Under the pieces are notes generated by a model. The model was given only the letters and a program-made list of their open reading frames with translations, did not search any database and was not told the DNA's origin. A stretch of 58,682 bases of DNA, taken from a virus. A program made the translations under genes and the position numbers. Below, piece after piece: positions 1-7,885 of the stretch (position 1 is its first letter; each line of letters begins with the position of its first letter). The DNA lies in the IMG/VR virus record IMGVR_UViG_3300026178_000071. One strand, given 5' to 3'.

Positions 1-24
1 ATCAACTGTACTTCTTCAATCACG
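1..24. repeat. Terminal overlap copy A: nt 1-24 identical to nt 58659-58682
   Basis: Both ends read atcaactgtacttcttcaatcacg. This fits a circular or circularly permuted assembly with unique length 58658 nt. Confidence 0.9.
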
Positions 25-536
25 TCTTGGGCGTTCACGATGATCGCGCGCAGCCGTTCATTCTCTTCCTGGAAGTGTTTGGCTGTATTCTCCCATGCTG
101 TACAGTTCTTCTCTGCGGCAGCTTTCGACAGTTCCAACTCGGCGCGCAGTCGCCGGATGCATTGCACGAACGGCTCATGGTGTGTCTGAAACAATGACAG
201 TCGTTCGCCTTCAAGAATTGGCAAGCCGCAACTTTCACAGGTAACTTCCATATTGTCCGTGCGCAACTTGTCGATCTCGTTCCGCAACTCCTCGATCTCG
301 TTCCGCAACTCCTCGACCTCCGCCCCGTGCGCGGCGTCCAGGTCCCCAATGCGCTCGACCAAGGGCTTCGTGCCCGCGTCGCACGCGTCAGGGTCATTGA
401 CAAAGCACTCGTCTAGGTAGACGTGTGCCGCCTCGTTCTCGGCTTTCAGCGCGTCGCACGCCGCAATCAGGTTTCCAAGTGTCTTGGTCTTGATCGACAC
501 TTTCTTCTCGTCCCCCGTGAAAAGTGGATTGCTCAT
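1..536 (-). CDS. Hypothetical coiled-coil protein, N-terminal part; the ORF runs off the left edge and resumes at 58658-58571 when the contig is circularised (207 aa total)
   Basis: Absent from the ORF track because it has no stop in the window. ATG at 536 overlaps the TGA of the upstream gene (ATGA). Translation MSNPLFTGDEKKVSIKTKTLGNLIAACDALKAENEAAH...EELRNEIEELRNEIDKLRTD...CESCG. 536 nt plus 88 nt = 624 nt = 208 codons, in frame across the junction. Confidence 0.6.
   Translation of the reverse strand, partial: MSNPLFTGDEKKVSIKTKTLGNLIAACDALKAENEAAHVYLDECFVNDPDACDAGTKPLVERIGDLDAAHGAEVEELRNEIEELRNEIDKLRTDNMEVTCESCGLPILEGERLSLFQTHHEPFVQCIRRLRAELELSKAAAEKNCTAWENTAKHFQEENERLRAIIVNAQDVIEEVQL
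271..312. repeat. Perfect tandem duplication of a 21-nt unit (tcgatctcgttccgcaactcc x2, with a partial third copy)
   Basis: Read directly. It encodes the duplicated heptad EELRNEI-EELRNEI in the junction-spanning gene. Confidence 0.9.
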
Positions 537-868
537 CGTTCTCCCTCCCCCGTGAGTGCCCGCTCTAACTCGGCGTCCTCGTCGGGATAGGCTCCCGGCG
601 CAGGCTTGATCTCGTAAGTACCGTCGTCGTAGTCGTAGTCGTCCGGCAACTGCTCGATTACGCAATCGCAGGTGGACTCAATCGGCACGCTGGTCATGCC
701 GTAGTCAACCCAATCCGACACGTAGCCCGTGCCGTGGCAGTACTTGCACCCCTCTTTGGGGGTGATGGTCAGTGTCTTTGGTGCTTGCGCTTGATGTGTC
801 ATCGTTGTCCCCCTCCGACTCGGTATGCCCTCGTAGACTCCCGGCATGATCTGCTTCCAGTGTCCCAT
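533..868 (-). CDS. Small DnaJ-type zinc-finger protein (CxxCxGxG) with acidic tail
   Basis: ORF track 533..931. I prefer ATG 868, which has a GAGGGGGG SD just after the stop of the 880.. gene; ATG 802 with GGAGGGGG is an alternative. Motif CKYCHGTG. The tail DDYDYDDGTYEI resembles the tail of the 58393-58584 protein. Confidence 0.5.
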   Translation of the reverse strand: MGHWKQIMPGVYEGIPSRRGTTMTHQAQAPKTLTITPKEGCKYCHGTGYVSDWVDYGMTSVPIESTCDCVIEQLPDDYDYDDGTYEIKPAPGAYPDEDAELERALTGEGER

Positions 869-879
869 GTTGCCCCCCT

Positions 880-1626
880 CTACCTGACCACCCGGCGCAC
901 GTCCTGGCCGGTTAGCTCGAACAGATAGCAAGAGCGGTCCTGCATACGACTTGCGATATAACCGGGCAAGTCCTCAACCTTGGCGTTCGCTGCGAACACC
1001 GTGAGTTGATCGCGCTTGCCTTGGTAGCGTGTATCGATCAACTGCTCGAACTTCTCCCGCGCCCAAGGCGTGGGGTTCCAGCGGTCAAACTCGTCAATAG
1101 CGAGTATCTTGGCGTCGGTAAACAACTCCCACATGGCGTCATATTTGAGCGACGCGCCATTGTCATACGTGCTGCGAAGATGATCGAGCAAGCGTGCAGT
1201 TGTCGTGTACACAGATTTGTACCCCGCCTCCCGCCCCGTGTTGACGATGCAAGACAGGAACCGGGTCTTACCAACTCCGAACCCACCCAGGAGGGTGAGG
1301 AACTGTTGGGGCTGCTGCGCCAGCAATAGGGCCACATCGTAGACCTCTGCGTTTGTGCGGTTGCGTGCCGTGTGCTCGTCAAAGCGCCAGTCCAGGGCTT
1401 CCCCCGTCAACCCGCACAGCTTGCGAAGATACGCTTGCTGCGCACCTTGACCGCAAACATCACACCGCTTGATCTTCCCGAACAATGGGTGTCCAGGGTA
1501 CACGTCATACACCAGCCACTCCTTACCCTTGCACACCGGGCACAGCCTCTCGTCCCCTGGTAAAAGAGGCTCGGTGCGCGGCCATGTCTGCGTCCCATTC
1601 TGCTTGTTGGGCTGCGAGTTCGTCAT
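880..1626 (-). CDS. DnaC/IstB-like AAA+ helicase loader with N-terminal zinc ribbon
   Basis: Walker A LLGGFGVGKT, Walker B ILAIDEFD, CPVC..CDVC ribbon. It lies downstream of the replication organiser. The start is uncertain: ATG 1626 overlaps the upstream ORF by 104 nt. Confidence 0.75.
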   Translation of the reverse strand: MTNSQPNKQNGTQTWPRTEPLLPGDERLCPVCKGKEWLVYDVYPGHPLFGKIKRCDVCGQGAQQAYLRKLCGLTGEALDWRFDEHTARNRTNAEVYDVALLLAQQPQQFLTLLGGFGVGKTRFLSCIVNTGREAGYKSVYTTTARLLDHLRSTYDNGASLKYDAMWELFTDAKILAIDEFDRWNPTPWAREKFEQLIDTRYQGKRDQLTVFAANAKVEDLPGYIASRMQDRSCYLFELTGQDVRRVVR

Positions 1627-2467
1627 CGGTTGGGTTGTGGTAGGGGCGAGACTCTGCGGCCTTAATTGCGGCGAGAGCGTTGACAGGGCCGCGCTGAGCG
1701 TTCTTGGTGCTGCCATTGTTGCCTCCCTTGCGTAGCTTCTGTTGTTCCTCTAGTGCGGCGCTTTCGACACACCGCAGCACGTAATTGACCATGTTGTGCT
1801 TGCCAGCTTCTAACGCCCTGGCGAAGCCGGTTTGCCATGCCGATAGACCCCACTTCTTGATTGACTCCTGATGTTCCCCCAGGTGCGCCGGGGTTAGCAT
1901 GATTCCGCAGGCTTCATAGGCGTTGCGAATTGCCCGAACATCAGGCGGGGCATTGTCCTCGACCCCGGCAGGAACCCCCACCCCGGCCCCTTCTTCCTCA
2001 TCATTAATAAAGGTATTGGTATTGGTGATGGGGTTCGATTTTGCTTGACCAAGTGCTACAGCATTTGCTTCACCATTTGCTACAGCACTTGCTTCACGAG
2101 CGACCCTTGACGCCTTTCCGCCCCGTTTTCCAGCCTCAGACCGGGTTTTACGCAGGGCCAAGACCTCCGCACGGCTCATATTCCAGTCCAAGAAGTCGTG
2201 TACCACGTAGCCGCCGTCAACCAACTCCCAATACTCGTGTTCAACAAGACGTGAAGCAATTGCTTGAGCATTTGCTTCGGCGTTTGCTTCACTTGGAATC
2301 TTGGCCCAGGCGCATAAGAGCGTGAGCTTGGAAGCCGGAATGAAGCCGTCAGTTAGCTGGCCGTTGCAGTACACGATGCCAGCTAGATATAGGTCTTGCT
2401 CGTCGCGGTCCATGCGGGCGTTTTTCAGACTCATATAGAACTGGTCATCAATCTTCGCCCATGCCAT
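1523..2467 (-). CDS. Phage replication initiation / replisome organiser protein with DnaD-like C-terminal domain
   Basis: Start MAWAKIDDQFYMSLKN at 2467. The N-terminal motif DEQDLYLAGIVYCNGQLTDGFIP is typical of phage replisome organisers. The C-terminal region AYEACGIMLTPAHLGEHQESIKKWGL...VNYVLRCVE is DnaD/DnaB_2-like. It sits upstream of the DnaC-like loader. Confidence 0.6.
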   Translation of the reverse strand: MAWAKIDDQFYMSLKNARMDRDEQDLYLAGIVYCNGQLTDGFIPASKLTLLCAWAKIPSEANAEANAQAIASRLVEHEYWELVDGGYVVHDFLDWNMSRAEVLALRKTRSEAGKRGGKASRVAREASAVANGEANAVALGQAKSNPITNTNTFINDEEEGAGVGVPAGVEDNAPPDVRAIRNAYEACGIMLTPAHLGEHQESIKKWGLSAWQTGFARALEAGKHNMVNYVLRCVESAALEEQQKLRKGGNNGSTKNAQRGPVNALAAIKAAESRPYHNPTDDELAAQQAEWDADMAAHRASFTRGREAVPGVQG

Positions 2468-2468
2468 G

Positions 2469-2690
2469 TCACACCCCGCTTTGTGCGCCCTCGTCCTTGG
2501 CGTTCTGTCGGGCATATGCTTGGAGTTCGATGACGGCCTCAAGGAGAGCATCAACCAGCGCGGGCACGTTGCTTTGAGCGACAAGCACGCACGAGTTTTG
2601 CTGAACAATGGCGATGTTGTTCTCGTAGACGCTGCCATACACAACGTCAATCTGCTTCTGCGCGGGAACCGCCGTCTTATTCCTGTCCAT
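2469..2690 (-). CDS. Hypothetical protein (73 aa)
   Basis: ORF track; packed in the operon. Its stop lies 2 nt before the start of the next gene. Confidence 0.45.
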   Translation of the reverse strand: MDRNKTAVPAQKQIDVVYGSVYENNIAIVQQNSCVLVAQSNVPALVDALLEAVIELQAYARQNAKDEGAQSGV

Positions 2691-2895
2691 CTTTCCCTCC
2701 GTTCCTGCCCTCGTCGGGCTTCCCGCCTACCACAATCCCGCGCCGCTCGGCGTGCGCGCGCACGAGTTGGCGCACGGCCAGCGAGCGGTTGTAGTCGAAC
2801 TCTGCCGCAGCGATTGCGTCCAGAGTTGCCAGCGTGGGCGTGTCTATCCTAAAGGCGATGGACACGTCCTTCGGGTTTCGAGTGACCTTCGGCAT
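2677..2895 (-). CDS. Ribbon-helix-helix (CopG/Arc-like) DNA-binding protein
   Basis: MPKVTRNPKDVSIAFRIDTPTLATLDAIAAAEFDYNRSLAVRQLVRAH shows the strand-helix-helix pattern. A GGAGG SD precedes ATG 2895. The two upstream ATGs lie inside the -10 box of the promoter at 2918-2946. Confidence 0.55.
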   Translation of the reverse strand: MPKVTRNPKDVSIAFRIDTPTLATLDAIAAAEFDYNRSLAVRQLVRAHAERRGIVVGGKPDEGRNGGKDGQE

Positions 2896-2917
2896 TTCTC
2901 TTACCTCCGTGGTAATC

Positions 2918-2946
2918 ATCATACACCCATTTCAGAAACTTGTCAA
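2918..2946 (-). promoter_or_regulatory. Sigma70-type promoter: TTGACA - 17 nt - TATGAT
   Basis: Minus strand -35 TTGACA (2946-2941) and -10 TATGAT (2923-2918), directly upstream of the RHH gene. Confidence 0.55.
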
Positions 2947-2963
2947 TACTGATTACGGGCAAA

Positions 2964-3053
2964 TCACCAACGTCTTTCGCTGGTCGCCACTAACAGCAAG
3001 CCGACAAAGGCGAACTCACAGCCAAGCACGATGTAGCCAAGCAATAGCGTCAT
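2964..3053 (-). CDS. Micro-ORF, 29-aa single-pass membrane peptide
   Basis: MTLLLGYIVLGCEFAFVGLLLVATSERRW. Its ATG overlaps the stop of the preceding micro-ORF (ATGA). Confidence 0.3.
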   Translation of the reverse strand: MTLLLGYIVLGCEFAFVGLLLVATSERRW

Positions 3054-3190
3054 AGTTCCGGCTCCGGCTCCTCGTCCGGGTCGGTCAGTGGGGGTATGTC
3101 CTTGTCCCTCCGGCCCCCCAGGATTGCGGCGGACACGGCCACGATGAAGCAGCACAGCGCGAACGTAGCGAAGCAGAGGATACAGGTCAT
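3050..3190 (-). CDS. Micro-ORF, 46-aa single-pass membrane peptide with acidic tail
   Basis: Not in the ORF track (<60 aa). MTCILCFATFALCCFIVAVSAAILGGRRDKDIPPLTDPDEEPEPEL. ATGA overlaps occur at both ends, which indicates translational coupling. Confidence 0.4.
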   Translation of the reverse strand: MTCILCFATFALCCFIVAVSAAILGGRRDKDIPPLTDPDEEPEPEL

Positions 3191-3504
3191 GTCGCACCTT
3201 CCGTTTTGTTGCGCCTTACGTATAGCGCGTACTCGCCGGACTTCTCATCATGCAACGCCCGCGAAGAAAAGCTGCCGTTCGGCAAGCCAAGTTGAACCGT
3301 GATGTCATAGATGTTGTTTTGAAGCGAGCGCATGTCTTTGCGGGTCTCGAAAAGGATAGTGCAGAACTCGCCGGGTTTCAGTTGGCTCATGGTTTCGGCT
3401 AACGCCCCGCGCGGGGTCAGCGCGCGCCTGCGCTCAGGCCATTCAGATTTTGATGCCTTTTCTTGAATGACGACCTTTGTTCCCCTTACCGTCTTGACTT
3501 CCAT
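3187..3504 (-). CDS. Hypothetical protein (105 aa)
   Basis: ORF track 3187..3579. I prefer ATG 3504 (MEVKTVRG) because it is preceded by GAGGAGGGG. Confidence 0.5.
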   Translation of the reverse strand: MEVKTVRGTKVVIQEKASKSEWPERRRALTPRGALAETMSQLKPGEFCTILFETRKDMRSLQNNIYDITVQLGLPNGSFSSRALHDEKSGEYALYVRRNKTEGAT

Positions 3505-3596
3505 AGGTTTCCCCTCCTCTTGTGGTTTGTGAGTGTTCCGCATCAGCGCGTCAAGGGCCAATCGACCCTCGCCGGTCAAGGTAAATGCCTTAGAGA

Positions 3597-3920
3597 TTAT
3601 CTCTCACTCTCCTTTGCGGCCCTGAGTGCCGCCTCCAATGCCTCGCCTCGCAGCATGGCCGGGAACATGCCGTGTTCGGGAGGGGGGGACGGCAGGAACA
3701 CGACGAACGTTTGACCGGCAGGCCCGGTCAGTTGCTTGCGCAGCCGGGAGACCTCATTCGCCAGATCGCTCGCGCGCTCGGTCGCCGTCTGGTAGGCGTC
3801 AGCTATCTCCGCCTCGCTCTGCTCAAGTTTCCTGATGTAGTCCGTAATCTGCTTCTCGTCCAGGTAGGACGCGGTGCCCCGCCCGATGCGGCGAAGTGCG
3901 TGTCTGATCTCGTGGTTCAT
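3597..3920 (-). CDS. Hypothetical coiled-coil protein
   Basis: MNHEIRHALRRIG...; the ATG overlaps the RuvC-like stop (ATGA). Confidence 0.5.
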   Translation of the reverse strand: MNHEIRHALRRIGRGTASYLDEKQITDYIRKLEQSEAEIADAYQTATERASDLANEVSRLRKQLTGPAGQTFVVFLPSPPPEHGMFPAMLRGEALEAALRAAKESER

Positions 3921-4381
3921 TTCTCCCCCCATTCGATTGATGCTAGCGCGACCGCGATGGCGTCCGCTACGTGTGACGGCAGCGCCAAGTCATAGCGCAG
4001 CCGTGCCGCTGATTGCATCTCGCCCTTGCCCGCGTCCCCGCGTCCGGCGAGCGCCGCCTTTGCTTGCGACGGTTGAATCTCCCGGTACGGGATATGCCGC
4101 ACCGCACACAATGCCTCGTACGCGCCCACGTACCGCGCCAGCAGCAGGCCCGTTTGCCGGTTGGGTCCGATGTGCGCGACCTCGATTGCAACGTGGTCGA
4201 GACGATACGCTTCCATGTCATCGAGTAAACAGTTGAACGCGCGGACAAGACAACCAAAGTGGTCCTCACCGCGCGGCTTGATAAGCCCGTAGGTCAGCAC
4301 TACGTCTTGCTCGGTCTCGATAACGGCCCACCCGGTAGGGTTGACCAAGGTGCTCCCAACATCAATTCCCAGGATTCTCAC
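3917..4381 (-). CDS. ruvC: RuvC-like Holliday junction resolvase
   Basis: MRILGIDVGS..GWAVIE, VAIEVAH and HVADAIAVAL match the acidic catalytic motifs of the RuvC family. GTG start with a GTGA overlap to the upstream gene. Confidence 0.8.
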   Translation of the reverse strand: MRILGIDVGSTLVNPTGWAVIETEQDVVLTYGLIKPRGEDHFGCLVRAFNCLLDDMEAYRLDHVAIEVAHIGPNRQTGLLLARYVGAYEALCAVRHIPYREIQPSQAKAALAGRGDAGKGEMQSAARLRYDLALPSHVADAIAVALASIEWGEK

Positions 4382-4872
4382 GATGACGATTCCTTTCGTT
4401 GCGCCCGCAACGCATCACGCGCGGCGTTGTAAAGCGCGAGTTCGGTTTCGTTGTTCGGGTCGAAGCGGAGATGTTTGTAAGCCTTGCGCTTGCGCGGCTT
4501 GGCCGCGCGCTTGACAACCCGCTCGCCCTCGGCCAGTACAACCACGTCAGTTGCTTCCTTGCCGTGACAACGCCCGGTGTGGACTGAACCACAGTCGGGA
4601 CAGGCGGGGACCTCGTACATCTCCCGATAACGCCCGGTGAAGGACAACCATTTGACTGTAGCTGCGGGGGTCAACGACTTCTCTCCGCGCGCTAACTCGC
4701 GTGCATAAGCACCGCTAACGCCTAGCACGGAGCCGACTTTGCGCCAGCCACCCCGAATACCGCTATTGGCGAAATAGGCGTGTAGGGCCGTCATTTCAGA
4801 GGGTATGTCCGCCAAACCGTTGTTCAACTGGCTACAGAAAGCTACACGCCAGAGGGCCGTAGAATCGCACAT
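4378..4872 (-). CDS. Hypothetical protein with HTH-like segment and CPDCG..GRCHG zinc ribbon
   Basis: ORF track; operon packing. GVSGAYARELARGEKSL is an HTH-like segment. Confidence 0.45.
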   Translation of the reverse strand: MCDSTALWRVAFCSQLNNGLADIPSEMTALHAYFANSGIRGGWRKVGSVLGVSGAYARELARGEKSLTPAATVKWLSFTGRYREMYEVPACPDCGSVHTGRCHGKEATDVVVLAEGERVVKRAAKPRKRKAYKHLRFDPNNETELALYNAARDALRAQRKESSS

Positions 4873-5685
4873 TTAGACGCCCCTGAAATCCCACCGCCCC
4901 GTCTGAGGGTCATAGTAGCGACTTAGTTCCAGAACTGGCACGGGTAAGTCTCGGTCCCTGTTCCAGCAAATCACCATGTCGCATAGCGCCGGGTCATGCC
5001 CGTGTTGAATGAAGTTACTCGATGCGTACTCGAACTCGACCTTTAGCACCTTCTGCGACGGAGAAACAAAGATAGCGTCAGGGTATGCGCTTTGAACGTG
5101 GGTCAGGCGATAGCCTATATCCTTGGCGATACTGCCGGTCATGTAGACTACGCCTTGCTCGTTAGTTGGTACGAAGGGTCGGAAGTCATCGGGTGATACG
5201 TCGGGCAACTCCGCAGACTGTTTCACTTGGAGGTCTCGTTCGTCTACGGCTGCTGGTTTGTGCCCATTGCCGTTGCCTTGATGCGGTTCCTGTGTCTTGC
5301 CAGCAAGCTGCGATTGACACAGTTGCGCCAGCCGCTCAATAAACTCCCGTGCTGCCGCGCTGAGTTCTCCGGCAGGGCGCATTTCTCTGCTGACGCGCCT
5401 CTTGCACTCGTCACACTCAAAGTCATCGGAGTTGGTTTCCTCCCCGCAATAGACGCAATGCGCCACGCCAACAAACATCGGGGGGACGTGGGCGCAGGGC
5501 GTATCTTCCGAAGTCATACAGTCCTTGTGGCTATAGAGGGAGTAGGGTATGCCGTTATCCTGCAACTTTAGGCCCGTTGCGCGGTAATCTCCGCCGATGA
5601 TCTTCTCGCCGCAGACCTTGCAGTAGATCGGAAAGCGGTCCCTTAGAGTCCTGGGTAGTGGTTCGGCTACTGGTGTTACGCTCAT
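4873..5685 (-). CDS. Hypothetical protein: N-terminal multi-Cys zinc ribbons and a C-terminal PD-(D/E)xK-like region
   Basis: CKVCGEK, CVYCGEE and CDECK clusters. The C-terminus reads PDAIFVSP..LKVEFEYASSNFIQHGHDPALCDMVICWNRD. I prefer ATG 5685 because the GTG at 5709 abuts the hairpin at 5710-5744. Confidence 0.45.
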   Translation of the reverse strand: MSVTPVAEPLPRTLRDRFPIYCKVCGEKIIGGDYRATGLKLQDNGIPYSLYSHKDCMTSEDTPCAHVPPMFVGVAHCVYCGEETNSDDFECDECKRRVSREMRPAGELSAAAREFIERLAQLCQSQLAGKTQEPHQGNGNGHKPAAVDERDLQVKQSAELPDVSPDDFRPFVPTNEQGVVYMTGSIAKDIGYRLTHVQSAYPDAIFVSPSQKVLKVEFEYASSNFIQHGHDPALCDMVICWNRDRDLPVPVLELSRYYDPQTGRWDFRGV

Positions 5686-5709
5686 TGCTCTTGTCCCTTC
5701 ATAGAGCAC

Positions 5710-5744
5710 CGCCCACGGCGCTTACCCCCTGCGCACCGTGGGCG
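5710..5744 (-). terminator. GC hairpin (9-bp stem cgcccacgg/ccgtgggcg) 12 nt downstream of the secreted-protein gene
   Basis: Read directly. There is no U-tract, so terminator function is uncertain. Confidence 0.3.
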
Positions 5745-5755
5745 ATTAGGTCAGG

Positions 5756-6262
5756 TTATTGTCCGGTGGGCCAGCGGTACAGTTCAAACACCCCGCTTGG
5801 ACAGCCGTTGGGGTCGCTGGCACTCACGTTTGAGAACTTGGCGTAGTAGGTCGAGTTGCGAGTGACGGAGAACTGCACCCCAACCATGTCGCCAGGAGAG
5901 TCGGCGGTCTCGTCCGCGATGGTCAGCCACCCGTAGATGCTTGGGAACACGACAATCCTGATTTGGGCGTATTCCGATGGGTCGGCGGCGAGTTGGTATG
6001 AGTAGCCAGCCTCCACATTGAACACAACAAAGTCGTTGTCATTGTAGATCGTCCCAGGCAGCGATGGGTTGAACGGCCAGTTGTGAGTTTGCCAGCCGCT
6101 TTGACCAAGAGAAATGTAGTTCGCTTGGAGTGGCGTGTCGTCGTCCTCATACGCGTCATCGCCGCACTCAGCGAACGCAGGGACAGCCGGGACGAACGCC
6201 ACGGCGAAGGCCACGAACAGGGCCAGGACGAAGAACGTCAGGTGCTTCACATTCAGTTTCAC
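5756..6262 (-). CDS. Secreted protein with pre-peptidase C-terminal (PPC)-like domain
   Basis: Signal peptide MKLNVKHLTFFVLALFVAFAVAFVPAVPAFA|E. The mature part has DDTPLQANYISLGQ...DNDFVVFNVEAGYSYQL, a PPC-like pattern. GTG start with a GGAGG SD. Confidence 0.55.
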   Translation of the reverse strand: MKLNVKHLTFFVLALFVAFAVAFVPAVPAFAECGDDAYEDDDTPLQANYISLGQSGWQTHNWPFNPSLPGTIYNDNDFVVFNVEAGYSYQLAADPSEYAQIRIVVFPSIYGWLTIADETADSPGDMVGVQFSVTRNSTYYAKFSNVSASDPNGCPSGVFELYRWPTGQ

Positions 6263-6347
6263 GGTTCAACCTCCATAGATGTGAGTGATATTTGCAAACT
6301 ACGGCGTGCCATCAGAGGGTTACGGCAAGCTGTGGAGTCTGCCAAGG

Positions 6348-6830
6348 TCAAGCCCTATCAGGGCGGAACAGGTATTGTTCCAGTTCGGACATGGGCCGCA
6401 GCGCGCTGCGATCAATGGAGTGGTTCAGCACGCCGCGCCCCAGGTCGATGACCGGCGCACGCGCGACGGTCTTGCCCCACTCCCAACCAACCAACCGGGC
6501 CTCGCCGGTCTCGTCGTCGTACTCGGCCAGCACGTAGATGTCTGCGAGCGGTTTCCCTTGCTCATGCAGCAGGCTATACGCGCGGCGTGCCGTCTTGACA
6601 TCGACCGTGTAGCGCAAGAGCACACGGAAGTCGATACCCTTGTCGCCCTTGGTCCGGGCTTCCAGGTCGGGGAACAGTCCGGCCCACTTGCCGAACTCGA
6701 ACTCGCCAGCCAAGCCAACCTCGTCGTAGTTCTTGCCCAAGGGTCGCTGTGATGCGCGCCCCCGGTGCAACGCGGTGCGCTTCTCTGCCTCGCTGCGCAC
6801 CATTCCTATAATGAAGTCGTTCTCAATCAT
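6348..6830 (-). CDS. Hypothetical PD-(D/E)xK-like nuclease
   Basis: GLAGEFEF ... GDKGIDF ... YTVDVKT fits the E...D...(D/E)xK arrangement. Confidence 0.4.
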   Translation of the reverse strand: MIENDFIIGMVRSEAEKRTALHRGRASQRPLGKNYDEVGLAGEFEFGKWAGLFPDLEARTKGDKGIDFRVLLRYTVDVKTARRAYSLLHEQGKPLADIYVLAEYDDETGEARLVGWEWGKTVARAPVIDLGRGVLNHSIDRSALRPMSELEQYLFRPDRA

Positions 6831-6987
6831 TCTCCATGTCTCCGTTGATCTGTGCTTGCACGTCGCGTGCCTCGGTCAGCGCGTCGAGCATTTCCCTGGT
6901 ATCGTTGGTTGATACCAGTTCGATAGTGGCGTGTCCCTTGAAGATTAGGACACGCCCATCAATCGTCACCTGAACGGTGAATTGCAC
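6823..6987 (-). CDS. Possible small ORF (54 aa, GTG start)
   Basis: It fills an otherwise empty 160-nt gap. The GTG lies 2 nt after the upstream stop, and its stop lies just inside the start of the next gene. No motif was found. Confidence 0.25.
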   Translation of the reverse strand: MQFTVQVTIDGRVLIFKGHATIELVSTNDTREMLDALTEARDVQAQINGDMEND

Positions 6988-6989
6988 GG

Positions 6990-7634
6990 TTAGTACCCAC
7001 CCTCGTTGTAGGCTTGGACCTCGGCCCGCACCATGTCACGAATGATCGCCTCCAACTTCTTATCGGCCATCGTCGGCGCGGCCGGGGCGTCCTCGATCTC
7101 GTTGATCGTCGGGGCTTGCGCTACCGGCTTCGCCGCTTGCTTGGCCTCGTACTCGGCCAACAGCAAGCCGTACTCGGATTCGTAGCGGAGCATGGTCTCG
7201 TACTGCTCTGCGGCCAGGGCCAAAGCCTCGCTGATGCTGGCGACCCAGGGGCCGCTCCGCAGGTAGTCGTAGCGCGGGGTATAGAGTTCGTTCCAGTCGT
7301 AGTAGCCGCCTTCACAAGCCGTGCTGACGTGATAGGGCCGGTCGGTGCGGAGCTTCCCGGTCTCAGGCAGGTACTCCGCGGCAATCGGCGCACAGTCCGG
7401 CGCTGCGATGGTGATTTCTACGTCCCACTGGCCGACATGCGTTTCGGGAATCTCGATGTACTCCCATAACGCCTCCGGCAGCAGGGACTTGATACCCTCC
7501 GCTACCTCATAGTCGAACTTGGCTTGCTTGAACGCGCGCTCTGCTTCCGCCGCTTGCTCTGCCGCCTGTTCCTTCGCCCGCTTCTCAGCGAGTGCCGCCT
7601 TGCCCTGGTTCAACAGTTCCTCGAACGTCATCAT
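6990..7634 (-). CDS. Hypothetical protein (214 aa)
   Basis: ORF track 6990..7691. I prefer ATG 7634 (MMTFEELL), which follows GGAGGG. Confidence 0.5.
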   Translation of the reverse strand: MMTFEELLNQGKAALAEKRAKEQAAEQAAEAERAFKQAKFDYEVAEGIKSLLPEALWEYIEIPETHVGQWDVEITIAAPDCAPIAAEYLPETGKLRTDRPYHVSTACEGGYYDWNELYTPRYDYLRSGPWVASISEALALAAEQYETMLRYESEYGLLLAEYEAKQAAKPVAQAPTINEIEDAPAAPTMADKKLEAIIRDMVRAEVQAYNEGGY

Positions 7635-7851
7635 GCCCTCCTGCGTGAGCTTGATTGTTTCCTCCCCTTCGCCGGAGAGTGTGATGAGCACTCTCCGGCT
7701 TTACCAGGGAGGACCAGGACGGTTGCTCATGCCGTCCGAAGGGGGTTACTTACGGTGATGCGATAAGTTTGATCGTGGCCGAACATGATGATTTCCTAAT
7801 TGCGCACACGGACCACCAAAGTAACACCCTTCGCGCGGTAGGAGCGGGGTT

Positions 7852-7885
7852 GCGGGGAGGGTGGCCCGCAATTCCCCCTCCCCGC
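7852..7885 (-). other. Perfect 10-bp GC hairpin (gcggggaggg / ccctccccgc, 14-nt loop) in a 318-nt non-coding gap
   Basis: Read directly; no U-tract. The gap 7692-8009 holds no convincing ORF. Confidence 0.3.

Noticed and set aside
35-403. Track ORF of 122 aa on the minus strand
   Set aside because: It is an Arg/Ser/Thr-rich out-of-frame read of the junction-spanning gene. The frame starting at ATG 536 gives a sensible coiled-coil protein, has an ATGA coupling to the upstream gene, and closes in frame across the circle.
1523-1626. The 104-nt overlap between the DnaD-like and DnaC-like genes as a recoding signal
   Set aside because: The DnaC-like start is ambiguous. An internal GTG after a GGAG lies just downstream of the DnaD-like stop, although it would remove the first CxxC of the zinc ribbon. 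The evidence is insufficient to claim anything unusual.
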